DNA of 64,000 nucleotides from Eledone cirrhosa (lineage: Eukaryota), in the NCBI GenBank assembly GCA_964016885.1, contig OZ024745.1:92256001-92320000 (forward strand), given 5' to 3'. Below, piece after piece: positions 26,493-40,464 of the stretch. Both the position numbers and the translations under genes were made by a program. Below the pieces are notes generated by a model. That model was not told the DNA's origin. It worked only from the letters and a program-made list of their open reading frames with translations, and made no database searches. Position 1 is the first letter of the stretch; the number at the start of each line of letters is the position of its first letter.

Positions 26493-26728
26493 TTGTTATA
26501 CTTTGGGAGGGTCATGTTGCCAATGAAAACACACGCACTTTTGGTTTCACTTCAATTTATTATGAATTTCCAGTTGGTTGGTTGGTTGATTCGATAACCG
26601 GAAGGTTGTTTATATAGTGCCAAAGCTCTTTCGTCACACATTCTGTGACCTCCTCAGTGACTAGGTATTTATTTTGTGTCCCTCCTTTGTTCTATTCTAC
26701 ACCATCTTTTTTTGTGTGTTGTGTGTTG

Positions 26729-26730
<2 letters not shown>
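26493..26730 (-). mobile_element. HHR-containing PLE-type repeat in (TA)n; HHR at 26619-26661
   Basis: Minus strand reads gtca-CTGAGGA-g-gtcaca..tgtgac-GAAA-gagcTT-tggc. Homologous to 38985-39215 and 59926-60815. Confidence 0.7.
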
Positions 26731-26769
<39 letters not shown>

Positions 26770-26774
<5 letters not shown>

Positions 26775-27957
26775 GGAAAAAAATGAAACGAAATTTCATT
26801 TCTCACTCTTAGTACGGCTGCTACTTAAATATAAGTATGTATACGTACATACATATATGTATACAGACATACAGTAGTATGTATATATATATACATACAT
26901 GCACACATATATATATATACGTATGGATTCACCGAACATTTATTATAATGCTCGGTGTGTTTGTAAATAAACATCCCGAATTAAGCCGTACAGTGTCTAG
27001 CAACCATCGTTGCTCATTTGTTCAACACTGACAAAGGAACGCTGTACTAGTTTTAAGCTTATTAGCTATCGTCAGCAACGTATACCTTCCTGCCAGATGG
27101 TTGAACGTCTGAAAGTATATACTTTCCTTATGCATATTAACGGCTGAGCAGCCTAATTTGCATATCGAGTGAGTTAATCGGCCGGGGTACCGAAAACGAT
27201 AAACGGAAAAAATGAAACGAAATTTCATTTCTCACTCTTAGTACGGCTGTGACTTAAATATAAGTATGTATACATACATACATATATGTATACAGACGTA
27301 CAGTAGTATGTATATATATATACATACATGCACACATATATATATGTACGTATGGATTCACCGAACATTTATTATAATACTCGATGTGTTTGTAAACAAA
27401 CATCCCGAATTAAGCCGTACAGTGTCTAGAAGCCATCGTTGCTCATTTGTTCAACACTGACAAAGGAACGCTGTACTAGTTTCAAGCTTATTAGCTATCG
27501 TATACCTTCCTGCCAGATGATTGAACGTCTGAAAGTATATACTTTCAGTATGTATACATTATACAATACCGAGCATTATAATAAATGTTCGGTGAATCCA
27601 TACGTACATATATATATGTGTGCATGTATATATATATATACATACTACTGTACGTCTGTATACATATATGTATGTACGTATACATACTTATATTTAAATA
27701 ACAGCCGTACTAAGAGTGAGAAATGAAATTTCGTTTCATTTTTTCCGTTTATCGTTTTCGGTGCGCCCGGCCGATTAACTCACTCGATATGCAAATTAGG
27801 CTGCTCAGCCGTTAATATGCATAAGGAAAGTATATACTTTCAGACATTCAATCATCTGGTAGGAAGGTATACGTTGCTGACGATAGCTAATAAGCTTGAA
27901 ACTAGTACAGCGTCCCTTTGTCAGTGTTGAACAAATGAGCAACGATGGTTGCTAGAA
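26770..27957. mobile_element. About 430-bp HHR-containing unit: 1.8 tandem copies plus an inverted, permuted copy
   Basis: Direct repeats start at 26771 and 27201. The inverted copy at 27569-27957 spans the unit junction. Confidence 0.85.
27872..27912 (+). ncRNA. Minimal hammerhead ribozyme with intact core
   Basis: cgttg-CTGACGA-t-agct-aata-agct-t-GAAA-cta-GTA-cagcg, with palindromic stem III ACTAGT. Confidence 0.8.
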
Positions 27958-28796
27958 TATTCCTTATTCCTTTTGATACTTTTTTTATAGTTTTAGCACC
28001 TATTACGATATCGAATTATCACAAACTTCATAATTACGTAAGAATAACCTAAAAACATTTGTATTAACATCACTATTTTTATTTTTATTTGTATTTACAT
28101 CATTTATTCTCTTATATATATATACACCTCTCACCATTTGTCTTTGTATTTCTCCGCTTAAATCAATCATTTTACCCTATAATATATTACATCTAATACT
28201 AGCTATTTTACGTAGTAATATATATTCGTCCGTATGTTTATCTTCTTTTCTCTCTACTTCATATCCCCATATTCATGATTTATGTCTATCCCCCTCTGCT
28301 GCCTCATCCCTCTTAATCTTCCTCTATTCCCTTCTCATCTTCCTTACTTATCCTTCCTCTTTGCCTATGCTATATCCTCCTCCCCCTCTATCTTTCTATA
28401 TATATCTTTATTATTATTAATATATTTATTTTGATGTGATACTTTGATTTCATAAATTTGCCGGTTTTACATTTAACTATATCTTCGTTCCTTCTTTCGT
28501 CATTTTTTTCTTTCTTTCTCTCTTATTTCCATCTGTCCCCCTTCCTTTATTTATTTATTTATTTATTTATTTATCATTAATACTATTATTGATGTAGTAA
28601 TTTGAATTTTAAGTTTACCGTTACGCATATATTTTATATTTCTTAGTTGTCTCTGATGAAATGATTAAAGTTAGATGTATTGTAAATTGAGTTATACTGT
28701 CTCCAGTATTTAGCAATTTATAAACAATTCTATCATGGAAACAATTGTAAGACTAAATAAATATCCTTGTTTGTACTGTCAACCATGCTATTCTTC

Positions 28797-28896
<100 letters not shown>

Positions 28897-29296
28897 CACA
28901 CACAAACACAGAGTGAGAGGGAGAAAAAAGGGAGAGAGACAGAGACGGACACACACACACAAATAGAGAGAGCGGGAGAGGCATGTAGACACAGACACAC
29001 ACACACACATACACAAAGACGCACAAACACTATAAACATTATAAACACAATGTTTTGTAAGCGTATTTTCCACCCTTTAGAATTCAGTTAAAGATAACAA
29101 TGACAGAGAAGAGATAAATACAGCTGAAAGGTTAAGTCTGCAGTGTAATTGTAACAACAGTTATAAATACAACGTTGACGTAATAAATATAGAGACTGTA
29201 AATATAAACAGAATATAATCAGTTGATGGTAAAAACCTCTTTGGACAGCAGAAGGTCGTCAGAGAAGAAACCCTCGTTCAAGAAATTGTTTCGGCC

Positions 29297-29508
29297 CATA
29301 TATATATATATATATAACGAAGGAAGTGTGGTAAAGAACCAGGTGGGACATAACGCACCAGAGTACTTAATAGTAGTAGAGTGGGTAATAGGAAAATTTT
29401 CAAGACCCCGACCGCAGAGCTCAAGCCGTTTCGACGGCTATTTCAGTCCAGAAATAGGCCGTCGAAACGGCTTGAGCTCTGCCGTCGGGGTTTTAAACAT
29501 TTTCCTAT
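29297..29508 (-). mobile_element. Fold-back element in (TA)n with a ~120-bp palindrome
   Basis: Palindrome at 29389-29508. The whole element is the reverse complement of 63221-63415. Confidence 0.8.
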
Positions 29509-29512
29509 ATAT

Positions 29513-30704
<1,192 letters not shown>

Positions 30705-30845
30705 ATATATATATGCAAAAGTTCTATTTAAATTGTTGGGATACAACAAGCAAATATTATTATAACTGATATAAAGCACTCGACAAATATTTGGAGTAGA
30801 TATACAATATTAATAAATGGAAACTATATTTATAAAACCATATTT

Positions 30846-30908
30846 ATTTCATTATATATATTTCAAGGATACCAAGTTAAATCATGGTATGCCTTCATCA
30901 GACAAAAT
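30846..30908 (-). ncRNA. Hammerhead ribozyme in the 3' pLTR
   Basis: attttgt-CTGATGA-agg(c)atacca..tggtatcctt-GAAA-tatat-ATA-atgaaat. Confidence 0.8.
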
Positions 30909-31036
30909 ACAATATATAACAGTTTTACAAATAGATATTGACGTACCCTTTCAAAAAGGTGACCGTTGTTTTTGGAGGCCATCCAGATAGTGGTTTGTTT
31001 ACTTTAGTAAGTCATAGTGTTAAGAGTAAGTAAAAA

Positions 31037-31089
<53 letters not shown>

Positions 31090-32574
31090 GTGGAGAAAAG
31101 AAAGGGAAAGATAGATAAAGAAAGCAAAAAGAAAAGAGAACAGAGGAAAAATAACGGGGAGATATCAAAACATCAGACAGAGAAAGAACTCAAGAGAGAG
31201 ATATGCAGAGATAGAGAGAGTGGGGAGAGAACGAAAACCTCAAGTTATGTTATATTAAGTTGAGTTAACAATTGAGATGAAATGAATAAATAAAATTAGA
31301 AATATTAATATTCGTGAATGGAATATAGATATATAATATGAGAAATTACACATTGTTTAATTATGATTATATATTTAGTTTAAAAATTGAGATCAATATA
31401 TTAAAAATTGGAATTTAAACATTATAAAATATATATATTGCTAGAGAGATTATCTATCGTATATCACATATACATAGGCAAAGGTACATATATATATATA
31501 TATACTCACTCACTCAGAAAATACACATTATATCTACTCCCGCACACAATGTATACATATAAAGCATAAGTGATTTTTTATTTATTGCTATACACTCCTT
31601 GTGTTATTAATTAAAACATTTTAGTATATATATATATAAATATATAGGATTAACTTTTCTGCATTTATGGCTGTTAAATTATGTATATCTGCAATCAAAA
31701 GCTGCATGTGTAAGCCTGTACATGCACACCCATAATTCTTAGCTATACATGAATAGATATGTGTGTGCATCTTCAATTGGTATACACGCGTCACTCATGC
31801 ATATATACAGACAGACATATAATCACACAAAAAAACCTATAACACATGCATATGTATGTCAACACACACATATAGATACATAAGCCGTACATAGACATAA
31901 GTATACATCAACATATAACATAGTACAATTGAGTATATAAAATATAAAAGGATTATATTTTGGAAATATAATTATATCAATATAACTTAAAAGGCAAACG
32001 AATTCTACAAACATCAAAATACGAAAATATCCCAAAATATTATAGAATATTTCAAGTTAAAATAATATGTTTAATATATTTAGCATAGAAATTTATCTTA
32101 CGTATATTTTAATCAAGACATTGAGAGGACAAACTTTTGAATATTATGAGAAGCTATCAGAATAAAAAAATAAATCTAATAAAAATTATGAGAAGCTATC
32201 AGAATAAAAACAAATCTAATAAAAAATAAAAAGTAAAAAATAAAAAATAAAAAATAAAAAATAAAAAATAAAAAATAAAAAATAAAATGAATCTAATAAA
32301 AAAATGAATCTAATAAAAAAATGAATCTAATAAAAAAATATAAATAAAATGAATCTAAGCTAAAATAATGTTTAGTATAGAAATTTATCTTATGTATATT
32401 TTATTCCAGATATTGAAAGGATAAACTTTTCTAGAATAGTTTATTATATTTATAATTATATTTATGAAGAAAATTTATACTTGGGTACTTAACCAAAGAA
32501 AATGAAAAAGGTGAAGGAATCTAATTATTTATCGACAGGTTTCTTATATTAACTAAATTATTTAATTAATTAAA

Positions 32575-34809
32575 CTACATTTTAAATTTATATTTATATT
32601 TAAACGTTGAGTTCAATCTATGTCTGCAGCAACTGAATAAATTATTTCTTAAATTAAGGGAATTTTTGGTCTTTAATATAAAAAATATTTCCTCTATACA
32701 AAGATCACAATTTTCAGAAGAGGAATTAAAAGGAGTAGCTTTTGAAATAATATTCCAAATCAACGAATATTCAACATTATCCCGTTTTAGGTCCCATAAT
32801 AGGCTAGATAGCGAAGTTGAAGATTTTTTGTTTGGATCTGTAAAAGAATTTTTATGATTATTGAAGCGGGATTTAAATTCTGTAGAGGTAGAACCGACAT
32901 AGTTAAATGAATTTAAATTAGTTTTAACATTACAATTATAAACTACATTTTTAGCTAAGCAGTTGTTATTTAACGGACAGTTTGATTTATTTCTACAGTT
33001 ACAGTTATTCGATTGAATATTGCTTGGGTTATTGGTATTTTGGTTAGGTTTTAAATTTCTATTATTAATTCTATTAATATTTTGCGCTAAATTTTTGGTG
33101 GAAGAGTAAGTTAATTTTATAGTATGTCTATTAAAAATTGAGTAATATTTATGTGTTCTAGGGAATCGTTTGTCAAGAGCTTTCAAGAATAGTTTAGCAA
33201 TAGGGGTTTTAATATTTAGTGAGAAAGGAGGAGCGAACCATAATATATTCCTAGTTCTATTTCTTTTTCGGCTTTTGGAGTTATTGTAATATTTTCTATT
33301 ATAGTTGTTGAAATTGTTACCATAATTAAAGTTGTTATTATTTTGGTTATTTTGTATATTATTATTATTATCGATGTATTTAATTTTATTTCTATACCCA
33401 GCTCTACCTAACGCTTCGTTGTAATAATGCGCTTTTTCATCAAATATATTCTTATTAGATGAAATTCTTGAAATTCGTTCTTGAACCGAGTTCACTATAG
33501 TATTTTTAACGGATCTGGGGTGATTAGAGTTAAAATTGACATAATTTAAGTTCTCATTTAGTTTGTGAAATGGATAATGAAGACATGTGTTTAGATTTAG
33601 TGTTACATCTAGAAAATTGACTATTTTATGGTTATTCTCTATTTCTACTTTTAGATTAAGGTAATTAAAAAATTGTATAATTTGTTTTCTTTTTCATTAA
33701 GTTCACAGCTATTATTTTCTATAAGTAAAAGCATGTTGTCACGATATAAGCCTCCAGTTACCCCTGGTATTTTTCTATGTAGAGAATTAATTATAAAAAG
33801 GCCCACAAGGTCCGTTACCTGAGCTGAGTCTGAAGATCCCATAGTTATGTCGAAATTATTATTTCTATCTGCCCTAGTCCAGAGTTGGTTATTAAATTCT
33901 ATTAAATTCTATTAATGTTTTCCGTGCCGATAATATAATGTGCATTTCATTGCTAGTTAGGTCTGCATGTTTAAATGCGTAAGTTAGTACCTTATTCAGT
34001 AGATTAGGAGTGATAGATGAGTAGTAGTTAGCAATATCCAACTGAATAAACTTATTATTATAGTTATATTTAATTTCTTTAAACCAATCGATAACCTCAC
34101 TAGTCCCTTTCCATAATTTTAAGTAAGATAAATTAGGTAAATTCTTAATTTGTTGTATTATTCTATCTAGAATATTTTTGCTAAGTCTGCCCAGGTCAGA
34201 TTTAGATGGTGCAATTAATCTGACTGGTAAATCATTTTCAAAGTTTCTTTTATGATCCTTCATATTGATCATAGGTTTCCTTGGCATGAAAGGTTGTGTT
34301 TTATTTTCAATGTCTAGTTCATGCATTATACAAGAGGCATCTGTATTCAGTTTTTCAAGTTCGTCCTTATTTGCTACTTTATATTTCTTCCTTAGTTCCT
34401 TCAATATAAGGTCGTTATAAATGTTCTTTTGTATTCCGTAAAGATTATTAGTTTTGTCCGACTTGACTAGAATTTTCTCCGTTTTCTCCAAGTTTTCAAT
34501 CTTATCCTTAATATCTCTTAAGTAATCCTGGCCTTTGAAGTTGTTTTTGAATTTGATGCTTTGGATGATAGATATGATATCATTTTCAAAATCCATTAGT
34601 AGTTTGTTGGGGGGTGGATTTTTTTTAGATTTGAAGATTTTATCCAGATTTGAAACATTTTCATTGAGATTAGATTTATCGAAGTGGAAAGCACGCCACC
34701 TGATTCTTCTTATAAAGGAGGAGGATTTTTCTATTAATTGTTTAATAAAATCTTTATTCCTAGGTAGAGGTATGTCTTTTAGAGAAGAAGAGATCTTAAA
34801 GAATTCCAT
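32575..34809 (-). pseudogene. PLE reverse transcriptase plus GIY-YIG endonuclease
   Basis: Motifs VKSDKT, PVRLIAP, LDIANYYSSI, MGS.D.AQV.DLVG, LYRDN (YRDD changed to YRDN), FLDVTL, CNCR..CPL...C, VVY..YVGST..FKSRFNNH and C..C..E..LN. Frameshifts near 33900 and 33690. Confidence 0.9.
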
Positions 34810-34988
34810 TTTTCAGTTATAATGTAAAGTGCTCAAAAATACAGGAGCAGAGTATATGCAAAAGTTCTATTTAAATTGTTGGGATACAACAAGCAAATAT
34901 TATTATAACTGATATAAAGCACTCGACAAATATTTGGAGTAGATATACAATATTAATAAATGGAAACTATATTTATAAAACCATATTT

Positions 34989-35051
34989 ATTTCATTATAT
35001 ATATTTCAAGGATACCAAGTTAAATCATGGTATGCCTTCATCAGACAAAAT
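34989..35051 (-). ncRNA. Hammerhead ribozyme in the 5' pLTR
   Basis: Identical to 30846-30908. Confidence 0.8.
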
Positions 35052-35179
35052 ACAATATATAACAGTTTTACAAATAGATATTGACGTACCCTTTCAAAAA
35101 GGTGACCGTTGTTTTTGGAGGCCATCCGGATAGTGGTTTGTTTACTTTAGTAAGTCATAGTGTTAAGAGTAAGTAAAAA

Positions 35180-35246
<67 letters not shown>

Positions 35247-35495
35247 GTGGAGAAAAGAAAGGGAAAGATAGATAAAGAAAAAGAAGAAAGCAAAAAGAAA
35301 AGAGAACAGAGGAAAAATAACGGGGAGATATCAAAACATCAGACAGAGAAAGAACTCAAGAGAGAGATATTTACTTACTCTTAACACTATAACTTACTAA
35401 AGTAAACAAACCACTATCCGGATGGCCTCCAAAAACAACGGTCACCTTTTTGAAAGGGTACGTCAATATCTATTTGTAAAACTGTTATATATTGT

Positions 35496-35558
35496 ATTTT
35501 GTCTGATGAAGGCATACCATGATTTAACTTGGTATCCTTGAAATATATATAATGAAAT
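35496..35558 (+). ncRNA. Hammerhead ribozyme in the inverted pLTR
   Basis: CTGATGA at 35503, same fold as the other two pLTR copies. Confidence 0.8.
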
Positions 35559-35815
35559 AAATATGGTTTTATAAATATAGTTTCCATTTATTAATATTGT
35601 ATATATATATTGTGGAAAGAAACTCTCAGGAGAGCTGGACAGCAGGATGTCTTCAGAAAAGAAACCTCGCCTCAAGCAAGTGTTTCAGATCTTAACTTCT
35701 ATATATAAAATTTTAGTGGTAACGGTAAGAATCTCTCAGGAGAGTTGGATAGCAGATCTTCAAAGAGCAAATGTTTCGGGCCTTAATCTCTTTTTCTCGC
35801 TCTCTCTCTCTCTTT

Positions 35816-35849
<34 letters not shown>

Positions 35850-36056
35850 TGGCCCTTCTAAAGATATCGGCCTTAATTTCATGAGCAGGCTGTCCTGTTC
35901 TGTTGATCGAACAGCTGGAACACACATCACACCACTGAGTTCCACAGTCACGGTACACGTGTCTGTGGAATAATCAGTCACTTGCACAATACTTCCATGA
36001 GCAAGCTGTCATGTTCTGTTGATCAAACAGCTGGAACTGAGTCTCCCTGAGAAATA

Positions 36057-36164
36057 CCGTATTTTCCGGCGTCAAAGACGCTACTTTTTTCCTGAAATAA
36101 ATCTCTAAAATCCACAATCCGTTCTGGAAGCCGAAGGTTGTTTATTCGGCGCCGGGAAATACGG
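36057..36164 (+). mobile_element. Tc1/pogo-type MITE, deleted copy
   Basis: ccgtattttccggcgtc..ggcgccgggaaatacgg, homologous to 5166-5310. Confidence 0.7.
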
Positions 36165-36833
36165 TGCCTTAACGGTACACGTGTCTGTGGAATGCTCAGA
36201 CACTTGCACAAAACTTCCATGAGCAAGCTGTCCTGTTCTGTTGATCAAACAGCTGGAAGACATATCGTCGAAACAGTAACAAAGGATATATAATGTTTCT
36301 GTGTTAAAGTTCCTAGACACAACAATTTTAATATACAGATTCTAAAATTACATCTTAGTAATGGTCAGGGGTCAATAATAACGTGATTTGTCAACCTATT
36401 ATGCCAGATCGGGTTAGAATGTTCTGCGGGTTTCGTTCCGGCTCACTGCTCTCTCAATGTACTTTTCATCCTTTCGAGCTTTCGAGGCCGATGAAAAAAG
36501 TACCAGTCTAGTATTGGGATCGATTCTTCCTTTATATCTTTTTCTCCCCCCCCCCTCTCCTTCTCTGGAAGAAATCTGATGTGTTCAGACCAGGAGCAGG
36601 GATAGGTTCCGCCAGATTTTAAATACCCAAGACATGTATGTCCTTACGGCCCCATCAGGAGTCACGTGTCCATATATATCTATCTTTTGTCGCATCACCA
36701 GTCTGAGAAGCACAGATCGATACTGGAGTCGGGTTCATAACTCCTGTGGGTCACCTTGAGCCAATCCTCTGCGAAAAGCGCGTAACAGGTCGATACGCAA
36801 TAAATATGTTTCATATGTAAACGAAACTTCTTC

Positions 36834-36991
<158 letters not shown>

Positions 36992-37261
36992 GGGGGGGGG
37001 AGAGAACGTCACACCTGGACAATTTGTGTGACCAACATTTGCCAAATGGTACATCAATATTGTCTGATTTTGCGGCAATGTTAAAAATAATGATCTTGTA
37101 AACTTTTAATAGGTTTGGAACGTTGCTTTAATGAAAATACGATTCTTTTAAGAGGATGTCTTCAATTCTTTTAATAAAATTAACTAAGGATGTTGTAAAT
37201 GAAAATATATGGCATGGCTATACTAGTCGTAGCTTCCCAGTTGACCCCATTTAGCTCTTAG

Positions 37262-37376
37262 TCTGGCCTGTCCCTAAAGATCTACCTCCAATAAAGTTCT
37301 GGCCTGTCCCTAAAGATCTACCTCCAATAAAGTTCTGGTCTATCCCTAAAGTTCTACCTCCAATGAAGTTCTGGCC
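37262..37376. repeat. 36-bp tandem repeat, 3 copies
   Basis: Unit tctggcctgtccctaaagatctacctccaataaagt. Confidence 0.88.
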
Positions 37377-37932
37377 GTTACTTTTACTGTCTTTCTTAGT
37401 CAGAAATAATGTATCTTGGATAAAATTCTCCAATGTGCTTTTTAAGGTAGTATGATGTTATTTGAAGAAGATCTAGCTACTATTTCTTGCAGAACGAGCG
37501 GCCACGTAGATGCTCCTTCGTTGGTCGTAGACTTTTGGTAACTGGGTCATCGATCAATAAGAAGGAACGATCGCCTTTCGTCAAATCGGACCGAGGAAAC
37601 AATGCTAATACTATCTAATTGCTAATACTATCTATCGGTCGCAACTCCAAGTAGAAGGAGCAACGTGAAATAAAGAGTCTTGCTCAAGGATATAACACAT
37701 CACCCGGTCCGGGAATCCAACTCACAACCTCACGATTGCGAATCCAATTTTCTAACTACATTTATTTCAAAAGACGAAGTCGTCAATTTGGGTCAAGGAC
37801 AAGTACTACTCTAAAACTTTGATATGTGAACAAAAGATCAGTTACGGAACAAAGAAGTTACAGCTACGGTTAACTGGGTCAATGTTATGGTCTCGCATTA
37901 TAACTTCCTTAGATAAGATCGCATCTTTTATG

Positions 37933-38240
37933 GTGTGTGTGTGTATGTTTGTGTACGTGTTTACGTGTATGTGTGTGTGTGTGTATGTTTGTGTAGGTGT
38001 GTGTGTGTGTATGTGTGTGTCTATGTGTAGGTGTGTGTGCGTTGGTGTGTGTGTACATGTGTGTATCTGTGTTTGTGTACGTGTATGTGTGCGCGTGTGT
38101 ATGTACGTGTCTGTGTATGTACCTGTATATGTGTGTGTGCGTACCAGTGTGTGTGTGTGTACATGTGTGTATGTGTACCTGTGTGTGTATATGTGTACAT
38201 GTGTGTTTGTGTACGTGTGTGGGTGTGTGTGTATGTGTGG
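37933..38240. repeat. Degenerate (GT)n tract
   Basis: Seen directly. Confidence 0.9.
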
Positions 38241-38347
38241 GCAGAAGGCATGACTGAGGTTATAAGTTCTCAACGAACTGTTTAAGACCAAGTTTTCATA
38301 ATTCCTTCGCTTCCTCTAAAAGTAACAAATATTATGAATAGAATCAA

Positions 38348-38498
38348 TTGGCAGTGTCGAGTTACTGCCCTTTACGGTCTCAGTTCAAATCCTACCGAGG
38401 TTAACTTTGTCTTTCATCCCTATAGGGTCGATAAAATAAAATACCAGTAATGCACTGGAATAATTGCTGACCTTGTGCCAAAAATAGAAACAATTATT
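38348..38498 (+). mobile_element. SINE family A
   Basis: Core and tail homology. Confidence 0.78.
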
Positions 38499-38984
38499 TA
38501 ATCCTCCTTGATCAAGAAGATCAATTATTCGATGATCAACCCTCTTAACGCAAGCTGTGGTGCATTATTGGTGGTGCGAGGGGTGGCGCTGCACCTCTTC
38601 CCCAACATGTCGGAAAATTTAGTAATTTTTGTCGGAAAATTATGATCGTCTACCCCCTCCAAAAAAATGATAGGAGCAATATGCTTATGAACTCAAAGGA
38701 AGGAGAGTGAATACTGGGAGTTGTGATAGTATTGCTTGGTTTGGGCAATGTTTTCATTCTTAGTTGTTCCTCACGTTCACAGCTATATATGAATTTTATT
38801 ACGAATTTCAATTTATATCTTTCGTCGATGTATTTGTTTTGGAAGGTGTTTGATATGAAATCGTGTGTTGAAACAGATATTGTTTCATCTTTTTCCATTT
38901 CTTAGAGGGTTCTAAACCCCCACTATCAGGCTAAAATTTCTTTAGCCAAAGAATACGGCGAAAGCTTCTATTTCTAATTTAGAT

Positions 38985-39215
38985 ATTGTTATATTTGGGG
39001 AGGGTCATGCTATTCTAATATTGCGAAAAATATCGCTTCAGTATATTTTTATATTCTTATAAATAATTTAGCTGGCAATCAATGTTTATCATTGATTGAC
39101 CAACAGTTAAGAATATAAATATAAATAAAAATATAATTTCCCAAAGTTCTTTCGTCACACATTTCTGTGACATCTTCAGTGATTATCACTGTTTTCTCTC
39201 GTTATATTTTTCACA
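38985..39215 (-). mobile_element. HHR-containing PLE-type repeat; HHR at 39140-39184
   Basis: Minus strand reads atca-CTGAAGA-t-gtcaca..tgtgac-GAAA-gaacTT. Confidence 0.65.
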
Positions 39216-39736
39216 TTTCGAAATAGAAGCTTACTCTTTCGCAGCTCACCAAATTACATCTTGTGTCGTACAAGTGTTCTGAAGAATGCAGTTTGGGCAC
39301 CAGCTCATTATTTAAATATGTTCTTGAGAATGAAGATACCAATGCTGTACTACGTATGATTATTAGTTTTCTATTAGCTTTATATTATAGTTGTTGAAAT
39401 TATTAATTTCTTTCGCGTTTTTGTAAGTTTATGTTATTTGTGATATTTTCATTTTTTTTTTTTCTTGAATTCCAGTTTACATATTGGCAAACGAAACAAA
39501 CATCTGCCGAAAATGGGACAAGGTAAGAATCTTAAAATGGATTTCTTTTAATAATGTATTTAATATTATGTCAGTCACCAGTAATTTCATATTTAACAGA
39601 CCATTTGGTGAGAGTATGCGTATGCCTAACTGTTTAAAATCCATGCGTGTGTGTGTGCATGTGTGTATACATATGTGCCAATATACCAATTTATTAATCA
39701 AATATCACCCAATTCTCTCTCTTCTCCCTCTCTCCT

Positions 39737-39815
<79 letters not shown>

Positions 39816-40464
39816 TGTTGTGTTTGCTGAAGAATTGGAACCGCTATGTAAAGAGACAGAAAGGGAGAAGAAAGAAGATGAAATAAAGAGAGATCAGAAC
39901 AAAAAGAATAAATAAAAAAGAAAGAGTTGTGTTTTGTGTTTCGTTGAAAACAAAACATCAATTGACTGACATTTCAGTCGCCATTACTGCAAATGACAGC
40001 TTTATAAAGAGGGATGCTTATTTCAATTATAAAAAACGACTTCTTCATTTTATTTGTTGTTGTCTCTCTTTAGTTCTGAAATTGGTTTCTTCAATGGCAA
40101 TCCATTTTCAAATTATTCTGTAGATCAGCAATTTTATGTTCTTTTGATCTTATATCCGAGTAATCCTATTTCGATTGCTTGTATTCACGATTGTATTCTT
40201 TGAATCATTTCTCAATATTTATGACCATAGGTAAGGGTTGGCACAAATACAGAATTGAACATAGCGAGTTTGGGGCTTTTACACCTATATATCTTCTTCT
40301 GATTACCGAATGCTGAAGCTGGTGATTTATTGTACCAGCTCCTGCAATTCTTACATTAACAGACCTGCCAACCTCTAAAACCTCAAACGAGGAGTATCAT
40401 AAAAAAAAGTGTCCCAAAATGGGGAGAAATGAGGCAAAACAGGGAGATTTTATATAATGTAAGC

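Larger units (their letters stand above)
30710..35605 (-). mobile_element. Penelope-like element (RT plus GIY-YIG, probably Naiad-like) with direct pLTRs and a 5' inverted pLTR, in (TA)n
   Basis: Direct repeats at 30710-31204 and 34853-35370, inverted partial copy at 35371-35605, and a disrupted ORF from 34809 to 32575. Confidence 0.92.

Noticed and set aside
28645-28710. Hammerhead at ctctgatgaa; similar partial cores at about 18381, 60938 and 61645-61680
   Set aside because: GAAA or the CUGANGA half is missing, or the stems do not pair.
29240-29298. Permuted HHR-like motif on the minus strand (GAAAC..CTGACGA), with a relative at 35640-35692
   Set aside because: Convincing stems I and III could not be built by eye; left unresolved.
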